The notes under the pieces were generated by a model that made no database searches, was not told where the DNA came from, and worked only from the letters and a program-made list of their open reading frames with translations. From Candidatus Saccharimonadota bacterium (lineage in GTDB: Bacteria; Patescibacteriota; Microgenomatia; UBA1406; GWC2-37-13), in assembly GCA_001790095.1 (NCBI GenBank), contig MGBH01000001.1, positions 1,184,932-1,216,931 on the forward strand: a DNA stretch of 32,000 nucleotides. Direction: 5' to 3'. This document shows, one piece after another, positions 17,686 through 27,100 of this stretch. Position 1 is the stretch's first letter. Every line of letters starts with the position of its first letter. Made by a program: the position numbers and the translations under genes.

Positions 17686-17838
17686 ATGAAGATCAATAAA
17701 TTCTTTTTTAACAAAGAGAAAACAATGTATAAGAGATCAGAAAGCAAGAAGTTAGAGTTTATTCAATTTGTTGGAGATCAGTTTAGAGAGCTTAGCCGTA
17801 AGAATCTTGGCTTACCTATGAAGCTTTATCATCTTTAA
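17686..17838 (+). CDS. Candidate leaderless small basic protein (50 aa), no recognisable family
   Basis: MKINKFFFNKEKTMYKRSESKKLEFIQFVGDQFRELSRKNLGLPMKLYHL. The ORF-track start (TTG 17650) is the -35 box itself. ATG 17686 fits the -10-to-ATG spacing seen at many genes here. Coding status is unproven. Confidence 0.4.
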   Translation: MKINKFFFNKEKTMYKRSESKKLEFIQFVGDQFRELSRKNLGLPMKLYHL

Positions 17839-17849
17839 ATCGCATTAAG

Positions 17850-17902
17850 AAAAAAAAAGAGCATCACTACCGCTCGTATAAGGGGACGACGAGTAGTAAT
17901 GC
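17850..17902 (-). terminator. Rho-independent terminator of the DUF2298 gene
   Basis: Minus-strand RNA forms gcauuacuacucgucg / loop / cgagcgguagugaugc (16 positions: 12 Watson-Crick, 2 G-U, 2 mismatches), followed by a run of nine U. It begins 42 nt after the stop at 17944. Confidence 0.65.
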
Positions 17903-17943
17903 CCTTTGCATACATTATCAGAAATAGTTTTTTTTGTCAAGAG

Positions 17944-20136
17944 CTACCGTTTTTTTATTTGATACAGAGCCCCAAATCCATTAGTTGAAGTAAAAATTTT
18001 ATTTCCTAGAGTTGTGAACTTCTCTTCATATAATTTTTTGTATTTATCGCGTTCCATACGAGAAATAACGACAAACTGTATGTCATATTTATCGATAAGT
18101 TCTCTTGTTTTTTGTATATCTCTTGATTCATAAAGATCAATTATGTCTGGAATACGTTTTCCAACGACATCTGATGATCCACGCCACAACCACTCATGTA
18201 CCCACCATCCCGCAACAGTTGGAAGCCCAGTATAAGAAGAGATTCTTTCAAAATCAGTATATGAGTCGCCCTGCGCCTCCAAAATAACTGGTTGATGTTT
18301 GATATTGTCATTCAGGAAATCGACAATCTCTTTATCTTCTGGATAGAATGCTTCAAGCCATCGTATCCCATTGAGCTGAGGTATTTTTTTGAGATTGCCG
18401 TAATAGGCGGGAAATGAATAAAATGGATATATAAAGATTAATGCGAAAAAAAACACAAATACGAGAGATAATATAAATCTGACATTTTTTCTTAAAAGCA
18501 AAATTCTCATAAAAGTATAGGAAGACGCAACACCCATAATCATGAAAGCTTGATAGCCAAGCTTGAACATCGTATTTGCTCGGAAGTGAGCAGGATAAAT
18601 ATCTTTGATATAGAAGAACTCAGGTATAAAAATAAGAAGTGTTCCAAAGGTGAAACAAACAAATACAAAATCATCAATGGCTGTTTGAAGAAGAGATGGT
18701 TTAAGAGTTTGTTTCTGTTGGAAGTACTTTAGAAGAAGAAACAAGGCAAAACATACCCAGAAAAACCCCCATAAAACAAAAAGCATCCAGATGGGATCCG
18801 GTTGACAATTACCTTTTTCAAATAAAAACGGACCAAATTTACCGATGGATACAAGAAAATCAGGACTGCAATTTACTCCAATCCCTGAGACAAAGGGAGA
18901 GAAATGAGAAGAGAAAGGAAATGAAAACAGCAGAAAAGATCCAACAACAACTCCCATGTATAAAAATAGATTCCGGCTGAAACCAAATATAACAATCAAG
19001 AAAAAACCAGTCAAGAGTATATAGATAGGCCCATCAAAGGCATTTGTCATATAATGGATTGCGGTCATGAAACCCAGGAAGATAGTAGAAAGGAGTAGGT
19101 AGTTAGTAGTAAGAGAGTGAAATATTGACTGCGGTTGGTGTTTGTGACTTAATGGGAGTGGTTTTTGATGCTGTGTATCTGTTTGAGACCGTCTGATAAA
19201 CATAATAAACAATATGGCGAGTGTCAGCAATACAAAGGGTATATCAAATACATGTCCATGTAAATCTGCCACCACATAGGAATAAGAAGGAAATTCATGG
19301 ATCGTGAGAGGAATAAATCTTGTTGCGTTAGGATACCAATATTTTGTTGGATTATACCCGGTTAGAATCTTCCAGAATGGGACAGGAGCATCTGCGTTAT
19401 AACCTGAGGTAAAAAGATAGATCGTATGAAGATTTCCTGCAAGATTGACGATAAAACTACCTATAATACCGCCCAAAACAGCATGTTTCATCGATTTATA
19501 AAACAAGTATATGATGTTTCCCGCAAGGGAAAAAACCATTGTGATTGCTTGCGCAAAGATGGTTGCAAGAATAAGGTTGTATCCTATAGAAGATGGGATG
19601 TCAGTAAGCTTTATAAGGACTGCTCCTGTCAAATGACCAAAGTAATAATAGTTGATGGGGTTATTTCCTGCCAACCACATATCAAGAGGAGGAAAAAACT
19701 TTGAACGTAGGATTGAGTTCATAAATCCATAATCCATAAACTTTTCTAAACCTCTGACAGAAGGTTCTTGACCCCTGACATAAGTAAGAAAAAAAAGAGC
19801 AGCAAGAAATAGGATTTCTTCAAACAAAAAGATAAAGAAGTTCTTGTTTATCGATATAGGCGGGAGCAAGTACCCTTTTTTCGTACGTACAACGTACAAA
19901 TAACCGATGAGAAAAACAGCCGCAATCAATATCAGATTGGCCTGCGTGAAGCTTAGTATTTTATATAATCCAAGAATAAAAACAACATAGCTTAAAAAAA
20001 GAATAGCTATGGTTTTTGCAAAAGGATACCCCTTGTCAAAAAAAGAACCAAATATACGCTTTGTAATAGGATACGCTAATATACCAAGAAAAAATAGATA
20101 GACATACCAATTTAAAGTCGTTAAAATCCACTCCAT
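17944..20136 (-). CDS. DUF2298 / 'Chlor_Arch_YYY' large polytopic membrane protein (GT-C-like)
   Basis: 730 aa with more than 15 hydrophobic helices. It has the family-defining NPINYYYFGH motif and a C-terminal soluble domain. TATAAT (20145-20150, minus) lies 8 nt upstream of the ATG. Confidence 0.8.
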   Translation of the reverse strand: MEWILTTLNWYVYLFFLGILAYPITKRIFGSFFDKGYPFAKTIAILFLSYVVFILGLYKILSFTQANLILIAAVFLIGYLYVVRTKKGYLLPPISINKNFFIFLFEEILFLAALFFLTYVRGQEPSVRGLEKFMDYGFMNSILRSKFFPPLDMWLAGNNPINYYYFGHLTGAVLIKLTDIPSSIGYNLILATIFAQAITMVFSLAGNIIYLFYKSMKHAVLGGIIGSFIVNLAGNLHTIYLFTSGYNADAPVPFWKILTGYNPTKYWYPNATRFIPLTIHEFPSYSYVVADLHGHVFDIPFVLLTLAILFIMFIRRSQTDTQHQKPLPLSHKHQPQSIFHSLTTNYLLLSTIFLGFMTAIHYMTNAFDGPIYILLTGFFLIVIFGFSRNLFLYMGVVVGSFLLFSFPFSSHFSPFVSGIGVNCSPDFLVSIGKFGPFLFEKGNCQPDPIWMLFVLWGFFWVCFALFLLLKYFQQKQTLKPSLLQTAIDDFVFVCFTFGTLLIFIPEFFYIKDIYPAHFRANTMFKLGYQAFMIMGVASSYTFMRILLLRKNVRFILSLVFVFFFALIFIYPFYSFPAYYGNLKKIPQLNGIRWLEAFYPEDKEIVDFLNDNIKHQPVILEAQGDSYTDFERISSYTGLPTVAGWWVHEWLWRGSSDVVGKRIPDIIDLYESRDIQKTRELIDKYDIQFVVISRMERDKYKKLYEEKFTTLGNKIFTSTNGFGALYQIKKR

Positions 20137-20225
20137 ATCTCATTATTATAACGGGTAATGGATTGCATGTAGTACAAAATACGACGCAGGTTGCTTTTTT
20201 AGCTTTGAAATGAGAGAATAATAAA

Positions 20226-22379
20226 ATGGACAGCAAGTTCATTCCGTCTTTACATGAGGCTCCTATTTATACATTTTGGGAAAATAGCGGCTTATTTAAA
20301 GCTTCACGTACAAACCCGGCAAAAAAACCGTTTTGTATAATTCTTCCTCCACCAAACGCAAACGGAAGCCTACACCTAGGACATGCGATGTTTACCTATG
20401 AAGACATCATGATACGCTTTCATAAGATGATGAAGGAAGAGACATTGTGGCTTTTGGGTTTAGACCATGCAGGGTTTGAAACACAGTATGTATTTGAGAA
20501 ACACCTTAAAAAACAAGGGAAAAGCCGTTTTGATTATCAAAGAGATGAGCTTTTTGGGATGATATTTGATTATGTAAATGAAAACAAGAAGAATATAAAA
20601 GGGCAGCTTCGGCGGCTAGGGTTTGCTCTTGATTGGAGTAGGGAAAAGTTTACTATGGATCCCGCAATCATAGAGATAGTGTATGGAACTTTCAAGAAAC
20701 TGTTTGACCGGGGATTGGTATATCGAGCAAACAGACTTATTAACTACTGTACTTTTTGCGGCACCTCACTTTCTGATTTAGAGGTAAATAATGTAGAAAA
20801 GGTAGGGGTTTTGCACTACATTAATTACCCCCTTAAAACGGGTGGTTTTATCCAAATTGCAACGACAAGACCTGAGACGATACTGGGAGATGTGGCTGTC
20901 ATGGTGAATCCAAAAGATAAAAGACATAGGGGGGTAATTGGAAAAACGGTCATTTTACCCGTTTCAGGGAGAGAGGTTCCCATAATCGCAGATACATATG
21001 TTGACACGGAATTTGGTACTGGCGCGGTCAAAGTAACACCAAATCATGACTTCAATGATTTCGAAATTGGCAAAAAAAACAATTTACAGTATCCGCCTAT
21101 CATAAACTTTGCTGGACGGATACAAAACACGAATACATCATATGATGGTTTGAAAGTGTTTGCTGCGCGGGAAAAAATCATTGAGGAACTGAAAGAAAAA
21201 GGATTATGGGTAAAAGAAGAAAAAAATAACATGGTGGTAAAAAGTTGCTACAAATGCGGACGAGTCCTTGAACCGCTACCTAAGGAACAATGGTTTATAA
21301 AAGTTAAACCTTTGGCTGATCGTGCAAAAGGATTGGTGAAGAAGAAAGAAATAACCCTGTTTCCTAAACGTTTTGAAAAACAACTCATTCGCATCCTTGA
21401 TGAATTTATCGATTGGAATATATCAAGACAGGTGGTGTGGGGGATACGAATACCGGCATATAGGTGTAAAAAAATGTCAAATGTCCCCACTTCGCTAAAG
21501 CTTCGAGGGGCAAGCAAAAGTCAAAAGTGGTTCGTGAGTATTGAAAAACCTAAGAAATGTCAGATTTGTGGTGAATGTGATTTCATACAGGATGAGGATA
21601 CGTTTGATACATGGTTTTCTTCATCACAATGGCCTTTTGCTACCCTTATGACTGAGGGAAAAAAAACATATGAATACTTTTATCCGACCGCAGTTATGGA
21701 GACGGGTCATGACATTTTACGAGCATGGGTGGCTCGGATGATGATGATAGGTGATTTCGTCACAAACAAACCTCCCTTTAAAACTGTTTTTCTTCACGGG
21801 ATGGTACGGGATGCTAAGGGTCAAAAAATGAGCAAAAGTAAAGGTAATGTAATGGATCCGATCCAATTGGTAGATAAATACGGCGCTGATGCATTACGCG
21901 CTGCACTCATTTTCGGTACAAAAGAAGGAGGAGATGTATCGCTATCAGAAGAAAAAGTAAAAGGCATGAGGAATTTTGCAAATAAAGTATGGAATGTAGG
22001 ACGATTTATTGAGCTAAACTCCAAATCCCAAAATCCAAATTCCAAACAAATTCCAAGCCCCCAATCAAAAATTATTGTTGAGCTAGAAAAAGAAGCGACT
22101 GAGTTGAAAAAGAAATACATGAATTATATGAAGAGATATCGTTTTTCACAGGCACTAAACGACCTACATGAGTTCATCTGGCACAGATTTGCTGATTATT
22201 ATATCGAGCAGTTGAAAGAAGAACTCAAAAATGGTAACATACAAGTTCTTGATACATTGAAATGTGTGTATCTTGATAACATTAAGATGCTTCATCCATT
22301 TATGCCTTTTATGACTGAGGCAGTGGGGCAGGTATTTTACGGCAAACAAACATCCTTGTTACAAATTGGATTTACTTAA
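20226..22379 (+). CDS. valS: Valyl-tRNA synthetase (compact, 717 aa)
   Basis: HIGH motif [24 protein letters not shown], editing-domain motifs [10 protein letters not shown] and [26 protein letters not shown], and KMSKS motif KMSKSKGN. There is no C-terminal coiled-coil extension. Confidence 0.92.
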   Translation: MDSKFIPSLHEAPIYTFWENSGLFKASRTNPAKKPFCIILPPPNANGSLHLGHAMFTYEDIMIRFHKMMKEETLWLLGLDHAGFETQYVFEKHLKKQGKSRFDYQRDELFGMIFDYVNENKKNIKGQLRRLGFALDWSREKFTMDPAIIEIVYGTFKKLFDRGLVYRANRLINYCTFCGTSLSDLEVNNVEKVGVLHYINYPLKTGGFIQIATTRPETILGDVAVMVNPKDKRHRGVIGKTVILPVSGREVPIIADTYVDTEFGTGAVKVTPNHDFNDFEIGKKNNLQYPPIINFAGRIQNTNTSYDGLKVFAAREKIIEELKEKGLWVKEEKNNMVVKSCYKCGRVLEPLPKEQWFIKVKPLADRAKGLVKKKEITLFPKRFEKQLIRILDEFIDWNISRQVVWGIRIPAYRCKKMSNVPTSLKLRGASKSQKWFVSIEKPKKCQICGECDFIQDEDTFDTWFSSSQWPFATLMTEGKKTYEYFYPTAVMETGHDILRAWVARMMMIGDFVTNKPPFKTVFLHGMVRDAKGQKMSKSKGNVMDPIQLVDKYGADALRAALIFGTKEGGDVSLSEEKVKGMRNFANKVWNVGRFIELNSKSQNPNSKQIPSPQSKIIVELEKEATELKKKYMNYMKRYRFSQALNDLHEFIWHRFADYYIEQLKEELKNGNIQVLDTLKCVYLDNIKMLHPFMPFMTEAVGQVFYGKQTSLLQIGFT

Positions 22380-22380
22380 T

Positions 22381-22524
22381 ATGGCAACCAAACGAACGTA
22401 TCAGCCTAAAAAAAAGAAGAGAATACGAAAGCACGGATTCATGAAGCGCATGAGCACTCATGATGGGCGAAATGTGTTAAAAAGAAGAAGACAAAAGGGA
22501 AGAAAAAAATTAATTGTTGTCTAA
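22381..22524 (+). CDS. rpmH: 50S ribosomal protein L34
   Basis: Hand translation: [47 protein letters not shown] (47 aa, below the ORF-track cutoff). It matches the L34 pattern K-R-T-[FY]-Q-P...HGF..RM.T..GR.VL..RR.KGRK.L. It starts 1 nt after the valS stop. Confidence 0.93.
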   Translation: MATKRTYQPKKKKRIRKHGFMKRMSTHDGRNVLKRRRQKGRKKLIVV

Positions 22525-22548
22525 GCTTTTAGATTATTATTACTTAAT

Positions 22549-23379
22549 ATGGAATATATAAGCAGTGTTTTCAATGCTCTCTTCTTCAATCCGATTCTCA
22601 ATTTGTTAGTTGGTTTCTATAAACTATTTACTCTCATTAAACTACCCGGAGCTTTTGGATTCTCGATAATTGCTCTTACTTTATTTGTACGCCTTCTCCT
22701 TCATCCATTTTTTAAGCAACAAATGGATACGGCAAAAAAAATGCAAGATATTAAACCTCACCTTGACAAACTCAATGATAAACATAAGAAAGACCCCAAG
22801 AAATTACAGGAGGAACAGATGAAGCTTTATCAACAAGCAGGGATCAATCCAGCCTCAGGTTGTCTTTTTATGATTATCCAAATGCCAGTTTTTATCGCTT
22901 TATATCAAGTATTGGGTAAATTTTTAGAAGGTCATATGGTCAAAACGGTCCTGGAGATCAATAAGGCTCTTTATTTTTCTTTTTTAAAATTCAAAACGAT
23001 TGATCCTTGGTTTTTTGGAATAAATCTGGTGACTACTCCTGAAAAAGCCGGAAGCGTCTTTTATTATCTTGTACCTGTTATAACCGCACTATTACAATAT
23101 CTGCAGGTGCAAAGCTCAACGCCAATGGTTTCTCCAGTTAAAGTTGACGATTCAAAGGGATCCGCCTCCGCCAAGACTTCGGCTGATGAAGCAAAGAAAA
23201 ACGATGGGGGAGATTTCCAAAAAGCAATGAACACTCAGATGAAATATATATTTCCTCTTATGATTGGATGGTTTTCTATGAGAATGCCTATTGGTTTATC
23301 GCTTTACTGGAATATCTTTTCATTGTTTAGTATAATCCAGTACAAACAAATTAATAAGAAGAAGGCAAATAATAAATAG
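22549..23379 (+). CDS. yidC: YidC/Oxa1-family membrane insertase (short form)
   Basis: LHPFFKQQMDTAKKMQDIKPHLDKLNDKHKKDPKKLQEEQMKLYQQAGINP and GCLFMIIQMPVFIALYQVL core, then LSLYWNIFSLFSIIQ and a basic tail; 276 aa. Confidence 0.92.
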   Translation: MEYISSVFNALFFNPILNLLVGFYKLFTLIKLPGAFGFSIIALTLFVRLLLHPFFKQQMDTAKKMQDIKPHLDKLNDKHKKDPKKLQEEQMKLYQQAGINPASGCLFMIIQMPVFIALYQVLGKFLEGHMVKTVLEINKALYFSFLKFKTIDPWFFGINLVTTPEKAGSVFYYLVPVITALLQYLQVQSSTPMVSPVKVDDSKGSASAKTSADEAKKNDGGDFQKAMNTQMKYIFPLMIGWFSMRMPIGLSLYWNIFSLFSIIQYKQINKKKANNK

Positions 23380-23409
23380 AGTTTTTAATTTATCAATTAA
23401 TTCAAATAT

Positions 23410-23892
23410 ATGGATAAAACAACGGTGGTAAAAGCAGAGACAGAAGAACTATTAAAAAAATTAGTGGAAGCATACACTTTAGAAGTAAACGAACAGGAAG
23501 GCGCATTTCAGATCATTATCAAGACTGAAGAAGCTCCAACTATAATCGGACGCCACGGAGAGACCATACGAGCGATCCAAAAGATACTTGAAGTTATCTT
23601 ATATAAAAAACTTCAAGAATCAGTACATGTCCTTATCAATGTAAATGATTATCGTGAAAAACAGCAGGAAAGGCTTGAGTACATGGCTTCTCAATACGCA
23701 GATAAAGTCAACGAGTCCCGCCAACCTGAAAATGTGTTTCACCTTTCCTCATATGAAAGGCGGATTATTCACCAATATATAACTTCAAACTATCCTGATC
23801 TTGCAAGCTACTCAGTTGGAGAAGGACGTGACCGCAAACTTGTGATAGACTTGAAAGAGAATGCACCCAAAACAGAAAGCACAGAAGTTTAA
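23410..23892 (+). CDS. jag: Jag/KhpB-like RNA-binding protein (KH + R3H)
   Basis: KH-like IIGRHGETIRAIQKILE and R3H ERRIIHQYITSNYPDLASYSVGEGRDRKLVI. It sits in the classical position downstream of yidC. Confidence 0.88.
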   Translation: MDKTTVVKAETEELLKKLVEAYTLEVNEQEGAFQIIIKTEEAPTIIGRHGETIRAIQKILEVILYKKLQESVHVLINVNDYREKQQERLEYMASQYADKVNESRQPENVFHLSSYERRIIHQYITSNYPDLASYSVGEGRDRKLVIDLKENAPKTESTEV

Positions 23893-24095
23893 TCCGATAT
23901 TTATTCTTTTCCTTCCTGCGATATTTGTATTTGACGTTGTATATTATATGTATACTCGGTCTACCTGTTTTCAATGTGGAAATATGGGTGAATTTATCAA
24001 GACTTCTTCCCTCACTTTTTACACTTTAAATCAAACCGTACAGATGCTTTTCGCTAAAAAAGTCACAAAGTAGATGGTGTAATTCTGCTCAAGAA

Positions 24096-24104
24096 TGCTA
24101 CAAT
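24096..24104 (+). promoter_or_regulatory. Extended -10 element TGcTACAAT, 6 nt upstream of the ATG of the 1224-aa gene (leaderless-type arrangement)
   Basis: TGCTACAAT at 24096-24104, ATG at 24111. No purine-rich SD lies between them (atatacct). Confidence 0.45.
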
Positions 24105-24110
24105 ATACCT

Positions 24111-27100
24111 ATGGCAGCAACAAACCCGGAACATCATACAGGAGCACCGACAGAAAACGACACATTAAAAGCTGAGGTAGCAAGACAGTCCGCATCACAG
24201 CTCGTTGATGAAGTAAAGAAGATAGGAAAGATGGCCGGTGAAGTCAAACGCGCCGTGGATGCTTCAGTTGATGCTGCAAGAAAGGCTCCTGACACGTTTG
24301 AAGGAGACAAACAAGATAAAGATACTGCACGAGGTCGAGCTCACAGCGTGCAACGAACAGTAAAAAAAATCTTAATGGCAGCAAGATTCCCTGATAAATT
24401 AAAGCCAATCCCTGGAGAGGACGCACAAAGAGAAGTCGTGACACCGATCGCTTCTTCACTTCTCAAACAGTTAAGTAGTCGCATTGATCCGGAATATGAT
24501 GTATCAGAACAGACAGCCCCTTATCTACATCAAATCATAGATAAGGTACTTAGCGGAGGGATAGCAAACGCTGATGATCTGAAAATTGAGCTTGATAAGC
24601 TAAACAACCTTAAGCTTGTGAATCCGGACCTGTATAAAGAGGTACAGGAATCATTTGTTGAGGTCGCAAAAGATACAGGAGTGAGTGAAAAAGATGCAAA
24701 ACAGAAATTTAATGTTGAAGAGCCACCTGTAGAACAAACCCAACCCACGCCTGACAAACCAGCAGACCTGCCACCGCAAGAATTAACACCTGATCAACAA
24801 CGGGAACTTATGAATAAAGCAAGAGAAATGCAGGCGAGAGAGATGCATGGAGAAGGTAGAACTGAGTTTGATGCTTCATGGGGGCGTTATTTTTCTGATT
24901 ATTTTTCTGTATCAGACCAACCCCTTTTAAAAGCCATCTTTGACCCTGAAGAATTTAAATCATATGTTGAGACTGCTAAAGAAGAGGTTGCAAGACAGTT
25001 GGGATTGGCAAAAACCGATGATGATGTTGGAAAAAAGGTATCAAAAGATATAGAGCGGGGTGTGGTTGAACTATTTGGTAAGCTATATACACGACTTGAC
25101 CATGAACGGGCAAGTGAATTCTTTGAGCAGATAGAACAACAAGACGTAATGTCAGGTATCTTGCCTGCTAAAAATGCACTGAAGCGGCGACTGGAGAAGT
25201 TGGCAACAGCTCTTCACCATGATGGAGATTTGGGTTTATTTAAAGATGGAGAGATAAAGTCTGAGAATTCAGATATACCTTTTAAAGACAAAGAGGGGAA
25301 AGTAAGACTTAAACCACGACTTCTTATCCATCCATATCCTGAAGCAAAAAGGGCATCGACCTCAGACTTCATACACTATCTTGATTTAAAGATTGACACA
25401 TATATTGATACGCGCAAATATACTCACGATGCGCGAGCTATTTTTTTACATCCAGTTGATCCAGAAAAAGGTTTTTATTCACAACTTGCCCGTTTTGCCG
25501 AACAGATGACGACCGTTGATTTTGATCAAATGTTTCTGCTTCCTGATGCCGACATCTTTCAAAGCGCACTTCTGCTTTATGATAAACATGTTGATGAGAT
25601 GTTTGCAAAAAATGATTGGCGTCATGCTCCGACCATGTTTCAACCAAAATCAGGAAGTCATCGAAATCAGCTAGAAGAAGACGTATTGCATAGATTAAAA
25701 CAAATGTATGGAAAAGATGTGAGTGATGCTCGACTTGATGCCGCCGTCACCATGGCTGTTGGAGCATCAAGAGGAATGTTTTTGACAGAGATAGAAAAAG
25801 CGGCTTTTGCCGATCCGCATGTAAATGAAGATGGAAGCATAACGTATGCGAGCTATTACAATAATGACACTTCAGCTCTTAACGCTTTTAATCCTATGCA
25901 TACGTTTTTGCGCTTTCAGGGAGTCAGAAGCACAGATCCTATCTTATTTATGCCTGTTGAAGGAGATAAATTTCAAGGATCAGTCTTTACTGATCATCGA
26001 ACTATGTGGAAAAACATGATGGCATATAAGGATGCATTTATAAGCGGTCGGAAAGGTGCCGGTTTAAAAGAAGGAGAGGTATTGTTTGCAGACTACCTTA
26101 TGAATATCGGAAAAGTAGGAGGTCCTATGGAGCGGAAAGGTTGGAGAACTACCTACATATTACAACCTCTTTATTATAAGGATAAAAAGGGTATAACAGA
26201 GGGAGAACAAACAAGTGAAATTTTTGATCATGTACATACGTGGCAAAGATTTGAAAATATCGGTTATGAGATAGCACAAGACTTTGTTACAAAACTGAAG
26301 CCTGATTTTAAGGGGGCATATGCAGGAGGCGCGGGTTTAGCAAACGAACGATACGTAGACCAAAAAAAGGCACTTTTTAGCTACATATTTGACAGATATT
26401 TTACTGATCAGAAAGACACAACAACAGTAGATGCATATTTAAAAAACATTAGAAAAAACGCTGAGGCGGAAGTATGGAGAAGTATCAAGGAAGGCAAGGC
26501 GCCAGCTCCAAATGATGTAAGGGCAGAGATAGAGTCTCATGTCACTATGACATTTCTTAACCGGACTCTTTCTCGCTTGGTAGCTCAACGAATTCCCTCT
26601 AAAATCCTTCGGATAGATCGTGACCGGATGAGTGAAGCTGGAAAAAGCAGATGGCGTACCATCGCTGAGGAGATGTTTCCTGAAAAGGAGGTTGGAGATA
26701 AACAATCTGAGAAGTTTGACATGGTAATAAAAGATCTTCTTTTCGCTGAACAACTGCTTAGATCTGAAGTAAGCGCAAAGATGAGAGAGATAAAAAAACT
26801 ACCCGAAAGTGAACACTGGAAGTTTGGCCATATTTCATATGAACTAACCCAAGAGACTGCAAGAGCTTTGCTTGCTGCAAAAGGATTTGATCAGGCACAG
26901 ATAGATAAAGTATGTACTCTTCTTGGCAAGATCGAGACTCATTTTACCCATAATACGAATTTCTTGGATAAGACACTTCTTAAATTTGTACAAGCAGGGG
27001 ATACTATTGTTAAAGAATACAAATTTACATTTGGACTTGAAGAGCTTGATATGAGTTTTATCCCGTGGAGAGCTGCCGGAAACAGGATGTTACCGCGTGC

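Noticed and set aside
23861-24073. 70-aa ORF filling the jag / 1224-aa intergenic region, with a hydrophobic stretch FNPIFILFLPAIFVFDVVYYMY
   Set aside because: It starts inside jag in another frame, has no promoter or -10 box at the usual distance, and shows no recognisable family. The hydrophobic stretch is what T-rich DNA encodes by default. It was kept only as a note, and conservation analysis could revive it.
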